A stretch of DNA of 64,000 nt, taken from NCBI GenBank assembly GCA_964422145.1, contig CAYQZV010000006.1, forward strand, positions 16,426-80,425. The letters are read 5' to 3'. Position numbers and translations under genes: made by a program. Of the stretch, positions 58,401 to 64,000 are shown piece after piece. Origin of the DNA: an uncultured bacterium (GTDB lineage Bacteria; Fidelibacterota; Marinisomatia; Marinisomatales; JACNKV01). Each line of letters opens with the position of its first letter. Position 1 is the first letter of the stretch. The notes under the pieces were generated by a model. The model saw nothing but the letters and a program-made list of their open reading frames with translations, made no database searches and was not told the DNA's origin.

Positions 58401-58580
58401 TACAGCTTCTTTTGACCATGAAAATGTTGCGTTAAACGGGATGGTTTCGATGAGAAGCATCGATCCTAAACGTTTGTAAAAACGGTGAATTCGATCGATA
58501 AGGATTTGAGTTTCTTTTTCGGTGATCATTCCGTTTTTAATTCTCCTCTGATGGTATAAACCCATCGTCCATGTCATCAC
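55452..58580 (-). CDS. GH38 alpha-mannosidase (cytoplasmic)
   Basis: VGHAHIDTAWLWP...WLPDVFGYSAALPQIL...LEYHRGTYTTQ... and a typical ~1000-aa length. No signal peptide. Met at 58529 (MITEKE..) is a likely alternative start. Confidence 0.9.
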   Translation of the reverse strand: MMTWTMGLYHQRRIKNGMITEKETQILIDRIHRFYKRLGSMLLIETIPFNATFSWSKEAVPFEHRLAGDFKPIKEGNPWGKAWESAWFHLQANIPEMWKNQPLVAELDFSGEGLVFTPHGVALQGITNGSIFDPNFARTLVPLAIIDSQDSVELWVETAANSLFGVYLETDPDENDPNRYGHFDAKVEKMRLAIFDEDLWHFILDIRILLGLIKRLDKDSVHRARVIRSLNEAIDAFGGDRKNTNRSRSALKNELDKPANASALNVAAVGHAHIDTAWLWPVKESIRKCARTFSTQLNLIEKYPEYIFGASQPQHYQFIKDHYPEIYQRIKTAVKRGQWELQGGMWVEADCNLISGESIVRQILHGKNFFLDEFNIDVDNLWLPDVFGYSAALPQILQKSDIKYFLTQKLSWSQFNEFPHHTFKWRGIDGSEVLTHFPPENTYNSELDTEFLIPAECHFKEKEFLNEFISLFGVGDGGGGPKPENIELGKRMANLEGAPKVAFESAKNFFNRIEKYSDDLETWVGELYLEYHRGTYTTQGHVKRGNRQLEQKLRAVEFLWSCIPLVHYPENELDRIWKNTLLNQFHDILPGSSITDVYKTTIKEYKKSLLSCENLLKTGADKLFHKSDDSLVLMNLLHDTYSGTVVLPNAWNGFGVKDQHGDLLPTQNEDGRTIAYVTVEPYSFKTFYKSKTQTPNLDQPNQLILENEFIQYKFTSTGELLTAFDKEIGQPILASGQKGNIFTLYEDHPNNWDAWDIDFFYRKAFIENAKSLQAKPLTYGSVRQGIQFDLSIGNSTISQKVYLSRNNKRLDFSTTVDWKEKHKMLRVAFPTNIRSENASFDIQYGYVKRPTHNNTSLEKAKFEVVAHKYADLSDHDYGVAVLNDCKYGYHVKDNLIDLNLLRSPTNPDPDADIGQHTFTYSLYPHTGDLIHSDVISESARLNHPLILFDGYRSDDVCPPASLTGEGLSMEVLKKAEKDGCLILRIVETLGKTSTGTLSSISTKTTWIKTNLMERNDTESFQGQTLTVHLQPFEIQTWKLQTK

Positions 58581-60624
58581 GCTCCATGGTTCGTAAACGA
58601 TTAAACATCTTCTTCAGATCGATAAATCCACCACCGGTAAACCAAATGATAGAGATCACAGCAATGACAATATGAATGATGAGAAAGATTTGCCAGAAGT
58701 TCATCCAGCTGGAATCCGATGCATCATTGGATAGGTTATAAATCGTTCCAATAACGAATACAATCGTCCAACCAAATGTCCATATATAGTTGACAAGGTA
58801 AATAAATTTATCGAAACGAGTAAACTCTTTACCCATTCCGAGCATTTTCCAGCCCCGTTCAGGGACTTTCGTGATGATTTTGGTTTCTTCTTTCAAGGCA
58901 TATTTGCCGTGATGGATCATTTTATCCAACTCAAATTTGTTACTTGGGAAAAGTAATGAGATCAATATGTAGAGTGAAGAAGAAGCTCCCATTCCGATTG
59001 CCCAATAAATTTGCCCATTGATAGACCTTAGAGCTAGGATGCTGTTTTTCAACCATGCAAGATGACTTTGATCTATAAGCCAGTCATTGGATATTTGTTT
59101 GAATATAATTCCACTGACGGCAATGATAGCTCCGGTTAGCATGGCTGTCCAGGCAGCGGCTGTTGTTCCACGTCTCCAATACAATCCTCCGATGATCACA
59201 GCGCCCGAACCTCCAGCGAAGATCGCACCCGTAATGGCAAAGAAAAGAGCGATCTTTTGTGTCTGCTGAAACAGTAAGCTAAACAGAAAAATAAAAACAG
59301 CAACAAAGACAATGGACATCCGCAATACTCGCATATGCTGTTCGGGAGAGAAGGGTGTTTTGCGAAACGGCATAATCACGTCCTGAATAAGAATGCTGCC
59401 CCATGAATGTAAGTAAGAATCATGAGTACTGACGAATGCGGCCAGCATCACGGCAGCAAATGCACCAACAAGTCCGACCGGTAAAATGTGGGATAGAACT
59501 AACGGGACGCGAACCTGGCTTTTTATCGCACTGGAATCTAATGAAGCTAATGTTGAATTGACGGAACTCGAAATATGAGCAAAATCAGCGTGATTCATTA
59601 TGGTATATGCAACGATAGGAATAAATAGGAAAAACAAGGTTTGAGGCATCCCTCGCCACCCGGCAAGGACACTTCCCATTTTTGCTTCATGTGCACTTTT
59701 CGCAGATGCATTATAAGCCTGAGTCCCTTGCCAGCTCATTGTTCCATACATGATGCCGATTATTCCAATTAAGAAATACCAGAAATTGAAATCTTCTACA
59801 TGATTCGTTTTGAAGGGATTGATTCTGGATTTGTTTTGATATTTATCCTGGATTTGTGTGATTATCTCTTGCTGTTCCGTTTCGGGCATGAGTTCAAATT
59901 CGTTGGTTGTCTGCAGTTGACTGATCTCTGTTTGCGCTTCTTTTCGAGGTGTATCCGCTAAAGCAGATTGGATTTGTGTCCAGTCTACGGTAAAGAATAA
60001 AAATACAATAATGACGACAAACACAATATTGACAAAAATCCCCTGGAAAAAGTCCGCAATGATGACAGCAATCTGACCGCCTGTGAAAACGAAATAGAGT
60101 GAAAGGCTCAATAAAGCCAGCATCAGAATCGGGAAGACAGGGAGGGTCATTCCAACAATAGAGAAAGTTTCGGGGAGTCTGCAAAAATGAATAAAGAATC
60201 TGGCACCGACAGCTGGGAAGATTCCAAAGTTAATCAAACCGGCAATTAAGGCTACAAGTCCGGTGAATATCCGGAAATTTCGGCTATACCGTAATTCAAA
60301 AAATTGTGCCAGTGTCAGGCAGCGGGTTTGCCTAAACCGATAGATCACCCATCCGGAAACGGTAATAATCAAAATGACGAATGCTGACGTCATACCCCAC
60401 CAGGACATGGAAAATCCTGCAATGTAGTTCATTTCCATGTAGTTGACGATGGTGATGGCTCCCAAACCAGCCACACCGCTGGAGATGCTGATGACATATC
60501 TCCCGGCTGATCGTCCGGCGGCAAGAAAATCAGAAACACTTTTCATCAAACCTCTTCCGGATTGCACCGAATAGATCATCCCGGCAAGGATGACAAATAC
60601 AATTCCCCAATCAATGGGTGTCAT
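58537..60624 (-). CDS. Sodium:solute symporter (SSS) family transporter, long form
   Basis: About 14 or more predicted TM helices. N-terminal D..I...Y......G.......DF..AGRS.G pattern (MKSVSDFLAAGRSAGRYV). Embedded in the glycoside hydrolase operon. Confidence 0.75.
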   Translation of the reverse strand: MTPIDWGIVFVILAGMIYSVQSGRGLMKSVSDFLAAGRSAGRYVISISSGVAGLGAITIVNYMEMNYIAGFSMSWWGMTSAFVILIITVSGWVIYRFRQTRCLTLAQFFELRYSRNFRIFTGLVALIAGLINFGIFPAVGARFFIHFCRLPETFSIVGMTLPVFPILMLALLSLSLYFVFTGGQIAVIIADFFQGIFVNIVFVVIIVFLFFTVDWTQIQSALADTPRKEAQTEISQLQTTNEFELMPETEQQEIITQIQDKYQNKSRINPFKTNHVEDFNFWYFLIGIIGIMYGTMSWQGTQAYNASAKSAHEAKMGSVLAGWRGMPQTLFFLFIPIVAYTIMNHADFAHISSSVNSTLASLDSSAIKSQVRVPLVLSHILPVGLVGAFAAVMLAAFVSTHDSYLHSWGSILIQDVIMPFRKTPFSPEQHMRVLRMSIVFVAVFIFLFSLLFQQTQKIALFFAITGAIFAGGSGAVIIGGLYWRRGTTAAAWTAMLTGAIIAVSGIIFKQISNDWLIDQSHLAWLKNSILALRSINGQIYWAIGMGASSSLYILISLLFPSNKFELDKMIHHGKYALKEETKIITKVPERGWKMLGMGKEFTRFDKFIYLVNYIWTFGWTIVFVIGTIYNLSNDASDSSWMNFWQIFLIIHIVIAVISIIWFTGGGFIDLKKMFNRLRTMERDDMDDGFIPSEEN

Positions 60625-61700
60625 TTATTCCCTTCCTTCCATGTTTTGCCGTCTTCCCGGATCAACACCTTCTCATTAGTTTTTGGATTGAATAACGAAG
60701 CTTCATATCCGGTGGAAGTCAAAATGATCTTAGGCGGCCAGATAAATGGATCAACTGGTAGAGGTTCGTGGAATAAGACAGGCACGTCATCGGTAAATCG
60801 ATTTTCATTTTCTTTGAATCGTTTTTGCTGATAATACAGTTGCCGCAGAATCCATTTTGCATCTTCGATTGTATCCCACTTAAATTTTGATCTGTTACTT
60901 CCGACTGCTGCATCAGAAAACTGAACGAATCCCCACATTTCCGGATAGTGCATCGCAATTAATCCTTGAGGTGACCACACCCAATTATACTCTCGCTGCT
61001 CTAATTTCACGTAGGTATTATTTTCAATTTTCCGATCCCAATGAACGCGGGAAAAATTCACCCGCCACTGATCACCGTCTTTTGGTATTTTTGAAGGAGC
61101 GCATTCTTCAAGGACGTTCCACGGGATGGCGATTTCCACTGACCAGTTTTTATCGATATCGGTGGGATCGTTCAAAGTTCCGTTGAGATGAACTTTTGTG
61201 ATCAGTCCCTGAATATCCCAAGAATCCACGGCAACGCGGCCCTGATCTCTATAGGGTTTCAGAAGAAGCAAATCCCATTCGGTAGAAAAGGCGTTTACTT
61301 CCAGTTCGTAGTAATGATGCGTATCACCGTCCGGATCAAGAAAAATTTCGAAATCGTTATCATAAAAAATAACCGCATCCCGTTCGGTTAATGTTGCCCA
61401 GATATGCGGTTCTTCCAGTTCAGCGCCAAAATAAAAATACGTGTCATCCCAAATCATTTTGACGCGCGTGTCAAAAAACGGTAAGGGTTTCAAATCCCCT
61501 TCAATATCCACAAAGGATTGTGTCCACTCGGCTTTTTCCCAAACTGCATCATCTAATTTTCCATCAAGGATGGGCGGAGCGGATGCCTTGTAACACAAGT
61601 ATGTTTGCGGCTCAAACGGAATCTGCGGTATGGGGAATTCACTGACTCCTTTTGCAGCCAGAATGAAAAGGATGATACCAAATTTAAAAATCGCACGCAT
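60621..61700 (-). CDS. Secreted carbohydrate-binding family 9-like (DOMON-type) protein
   Basis: Signal peptide, then P.LDGKLDDAVWEKAEWTQSFVDIEG...YFYFGAELEE.H.WA...RD..IFYDNDFEIFLDP....HYYELEVNA, which is the CBM9-like pattern. Confidence 0.6.
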   Translation of the reverse strand: MRAIFKFGIILFILAAKGVSEFPIPQIPFEPQTYLCYKASAPPILDGKLDDAVWEKAEWTQSFVDIEGDLKPLPFFDTRVKMIWDDTYFYFGAELEEPHIWATLTERDAVIFYDNDFEIFLDPDGDTHHYYELEVNAFSTEWDLLLLKPYRDQGRVAVDSWDIQGLITKVHLNGTLNDPTDIDKNWSVEIAIPWNVLEECAPSKIPKDGDQWRVNFSRVHWDRKIENNTYVKLEQREYNWVWSPQGLIAMHYPEMWGFVQFSDAAVGSNRSKFKWDTIEDAKWILRQLYYQQKRFKENENRFTDDVPVLFHEPLPVDPFIWPPKIILTSTGYEASLFNPKTNEKVLIREDGKTWKEGNK

Positions 61701-62643
61701 TGATTAAGTCCTTTACGGTTGTTTCCGCCAGCCCTACACAGGTGTCGGCAGCACCATAATATAGTTTCACCGGGCTATCACTTAAGGCAAAGCCGTCCGT
61801 ATCCTGTTCTTCAACGATCATCCCGGAGGGGAAGACAACGTTGGGAACTTGTCCGGTCAATTCATATAATTCTCTGGGTTCTAGGATATTGTATCGGGAT
61901 CTCGCAATGAGTTTGGCAGGATTATCTAAATCAAATAAAGCCGCTCCGGCCTGGTAAATATTTGATGATTGAAAATGGGTTGCAATGCCATGATAGATCA
62001 AAAGCCATCCATCTTTAGTTTTGACAGGCGGAGGTCCCGCTCCGATTAATTCATCCCAATAATGAAGTCTGCCATTCAGAACTTCGGAGTCAATTGTCCA
62101 ATGGATCAGGTCTTCAGAATAGGACAAGCAGATCGTATCTCCGCTGGTGACCCCGTCATTTTCTGTTTGGTTCGGGCGGTCAAAACGGGCAAACTTTCCG
62201 TTGATCATTTCAGGGAAAAGAACACCGTTTCGAACGTCATTTTGGCTCATGATTCCCATAAATTCAAAAGAGGAAAGATCCTTGGACTTGGCCAACCCTA
62301 ATTGGCAGCCTGAATCAACATCCATGGCAAACATGACAAAGAAAGTATCATCTATTTGTGTAATTCGCGGGTCATAAATATGGTAAATAGTTTTCGCCAC
62401 GTTTTCGATCCCTGTAAAATGGATGGTTTCCTTCCGTATGATAAAATCGAATCCGTTATCACTGTCAGCCATCATCAGATAGGTTTCACGACCGCGGTTT
62501 TGAACACGCAGCATCAAATGATACTGATCTGCGGTTTTAACTGCCCCTGGATTGAAGACGGAGGAGACATCGTTGAGATGCAGACCCAAATTTGGGATAT
62601 TATGACGGGTGATGACGGGATTATTCTTGAAACGGATTAACAT
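61684..62643 (-). CDS. GH130 beta-mannoside phosphorylase/hydrolase
   Basis: NPVITR...VFNPGAV.....Y.LMLRVQ......L..A.S.DG..F.......YDPRIT.ID..F.......RNGVLFPE..NGK...FDRP.....WDE.IGAGPPP..T..GWLLIYHG......Y..GAALFDLD.P......VPNVVFP.G......LYYGAADT. Confidence 0.9.
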   Translation of the reverse strand: MLIRFKNNPVITRHNIPNLGLHLNDVSSVFNPGAVKTADQYHLMLRVQNRGRETYLMMADSDNGFDFIIRKETIHFTGIENVAKTIYHIYDPRITQIDDTFFVMFAMDVDSGCQLGLAKSKDLSSFEFMGIMSQNDVRNGVLFPEMINGKFARFDRPNQTENDGVTSGDTICLSYSEDLIHWTIDSEVLNGRLHYWDELIGAGPPPVKTKDGWLLIYHGIATHFQSSNIYQAGAALFDLDNPAKLIARSRYNILEPRELYELTGQVPNVVFPSGMIVEEQDTDGFALSDSPVKLYYGAADTCVGLAETTVKDLINACDF

Positions 62644-62690
62644 AATAAAGAATTTATGACAAAAAATAGTGCCATGAAAATTAGAAAGCC

Positions 62691-64000
62691 CTACAGTGTC
62701 AAAATGACTTTCAGTCCTTTGGGTTCATTATGGAGGAAATTCAAATTCCAATGATGTGCATCGACAACCCATTGAACAATGGAAAGCCCAAGTCCGCTGC
62801 CGGGGATAGACCGAGTTGTCGGACAGCGGTAAAAACGATCGGTTAAATTTGAGATTTCATTTTTGGATACTCCGGGTCCTTCGTCTTGAATCACAATATT
62901 GACCCGATTATTTTCCGCCTTCATTGAAATTTCAACTTTCGTTTTTTCCGGAGAATATTTAATCGCATTATCAATTAAGTTTGATAATAATATTCGAAAC
63001 CAATATTCATCGGCATGGAGTTCGGTTGATGTCAAATTATGAGGAACTAATTTAATTTTTTTTCGATCCGCTACTTTTTTAAACCGGATAATTTCATCAT
63101 AGATGATATCATTGATCCATAATCGTGCTTTTTGAATTTGAATTGTGTTGGAATCCAATTTAGATAATATCGAAAGATCATCAACAATTTGGGACATCCT
63201 TTTGATCTCTGATCGAATTTCTACGGTTGAATCTTTATCTAATTGATCAGATTGGGTTATCAGTTGTTCTACTTGTGTATGGATAATTGCAAGAGGAGTT
63301 TTTAATTCATGGGATGCATTTGCGGAGAACTGGCGGATCGTATCTAATCCACCCTCAATTCGTTTCAGCATACTGTTAAGCGTTTGAGACAGATGTGCGA
63401 CTTCATCTTTTGTCTTCGGTATAGGTAAGCGTTTATCCAAACTGCCTGCTTGAATTTCGCGTGCTTTCTGGGAAATATGCTGAATCGGATCCAATACACG
63501 CTTTGCCAGTGTCGAACTGCCGAGAACGGCCAGAAAAATCATCAAAGGAAGACCAATGAAGTAAATCCGTGTCAGCATCTTTTTAAAGTGATCAATTGAT
63601 TCCAGAGATTTTATGACGATAATCCATCCATAAAAACCATTAGCGAAATATAAAGGTGAAGAGAGATATTGCCAGTTTTGATCATTTAAATCTTTTTCCC
63701 CTGTCCTCTCTTTCATTCTTGAAAAAGAACGATGATTAATGTCGATCTCCATATCAATACAATTTTCCGAGCGACGAAATTCATTTCCATTTTTATCAAC
63801 AATAATAACATAGATTGGGTCTTCGGTATTCAGCTTATGATGAGCCTCTTCCCATTCAATATCCTCTTTAACATGCAAGTGTCCATGAGCATAAGTTAGA
63901 GACCGGGAAACATCATCCGCCTCATTGCTTAACCGATTAATGAGATCGCCCTTTAATCGTTTATTGATATAATAAAGCGAGCCGGTTCCAAAAATAAATA
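62691..64000 (-). CDS. Sensor histidine kinase (HAMP, HisKA, HATPase), N-terminus outside the window
   Basis: H-box FSANASHELKTPLAII. N/G boxes LLSNLIDNAIKYSP, IQDEGPGV and GSGLGLSIV. The track start (TTG 63878) is not the true start: I translated 63879-64000 and found no stop (..FIFGTGSLYYINKRLKGDLINRLSNEADDVSRSLTYAHGHL-HVKED..), so the gene continues past the window edge. Confidence 0.85.
   Translation of the reverse strand, partial: FIFGTGSLYYINKRLKGDLINRLSNEADDVSRSLTYAHGHLHVKEDIEWEEAHHKLNTEDPIYVIIVDKNGNEFRRSENCIDMEIDINHRSFSRMKERTGEKDLNDQNWQYLSSPLYFANGFYGWIIVIKSLESIDHFKKMLTRIYFIGLPLMIFLAVLGSSTLAKRVLDPIQHISQKAREIQAGSLDKRLPIPKTKDEVAHLSQTLNSMLKRIEGGLDTIRQFSANASHELKTPLAIIHTQVEQLITQSDQLDKDSTVEIRSEIKRMSQIVDDLSILSKLDSNTIQIQKARLWINDIIYDEIIRFKKVADRKKIKLVPHNLTSTELHADEYWFRILLSNLIDNAIKYSPEKTKVEISMKAENNRVNIVIQDEGPGVSKNEISNLTDRFYRCPTTRSIPGSGLGLSIVQWVVDAHHWNLNFLHNEPKGLKVILTL

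Noticed and set aside
581-62640. About 90 short ORFs in the six-frame track lying inside or antisense to longer genes (for example 581..889 -, 2183..2526 -, 11846..12172 +, 11939..12406 -, 23344..23730 -, 24120..24542 -, 35840..36467 -, 55829..56287 +, 62062..62640 +)
   Set aside because: Each is fully nested in a longer ORF with clear family motifs on the other strand or frame. Their translations are low-complexity or Cys/Arg/Ser-rich shadow-frame products without start context. None was treated as a gene.
1-64000. CRISPR arrays, rRNA genes, IS elements with terminal inverted repeats, retron/DGR-type reverse transcriptases
   Set aside because: Reading the intergenic regions (5064-5312, 8145-8265, 9681-9903, 11089-11241, 43317-43652, 47499-47618, 49895-50051) showed no regularly spaced direct repeats, no rRNA-like sequence, and no transposase or reverse-transcriptase ORF.

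Overview
The window looks like a chromosome segment from an uncultivated Gram-negative bacterium of the FCB (Fibrobacteres-Chlorobi-Bacteroidetes) type. Support for this placement: a SprA-size type IX secretion (T9SS) translocon gene, several 'NYPNPFNP(T/V)TTI' C-terminal sorting domains, many PorV/PorQ-like outer-membrane barrels, and signal peptides that mostly expose Gln at +1. I see five blocks. (1) Nt 1-11,090 is a visibly more AT-rich accessory island. Spot counts of 60-nt lines give about 27-35% GC here versus about 42-57% further right. It holds an RHS/YD-repeat toxin with a divergent C-terminal domain and a small lipoprotein immunity candidate, a pilin gene plus a 5'-truncated pilC/gspF remnant, and an integrative-element remnant. 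The remnant comprises a P4/D5-type primase-helicase, two unknown ORFs and a tyrosine integrase, and ends at a 3' fragment of a tRNA(CAU) gene. (2) Nt 11.8-27.1 kb is a tightly packed plus-strand locus that I read as a candidate extracellular-DNA capture, degradation and uptake system. It encodes a T9SS-sorted endonuclease I, two lamin-tail-domain/OB-like surface proteins that lack a catalytic domain, three or four outer-membrane barrels (one fused to ComEA-like helix-hairpin-helix motifs), a 5'-nucleotidase::EEP nuclease fusion and a second EEP lipoprotein. (3) Nt 27.7-43.3 kb holds housekeeping genes plus a T9SS module (sprA, a glutaminyl-cyclase-like lipoprotein, a cargo protein and two PorV/PorQ-like barrels). 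(4) Nt 43.6-49.9 kb encodes EtfBA with a membrane FeS oxidoreductase, a fused AccA-AccD carboxyltransferase and dCMP deaminase. (5) Nt 50.0-54.5 kb is a five-gene overlapping operon: LTD lipoprotein, DUF4956 membrane protein, HlyD-type adaptor, TolC-like outer-membrane factor and VTC/CYTH polyphosphate-polymerase-like protein. A minus-strand N-glycan-type operon (PNGase F-like, GH38, SSS transporter, CBM9-like, GH130) and a partial sensor kinase follow. I found no rRNA gene, intact tRNA gene or CRISPR array. All functional calls come from motif recognition by eye in the supplied translations; no database search was run.
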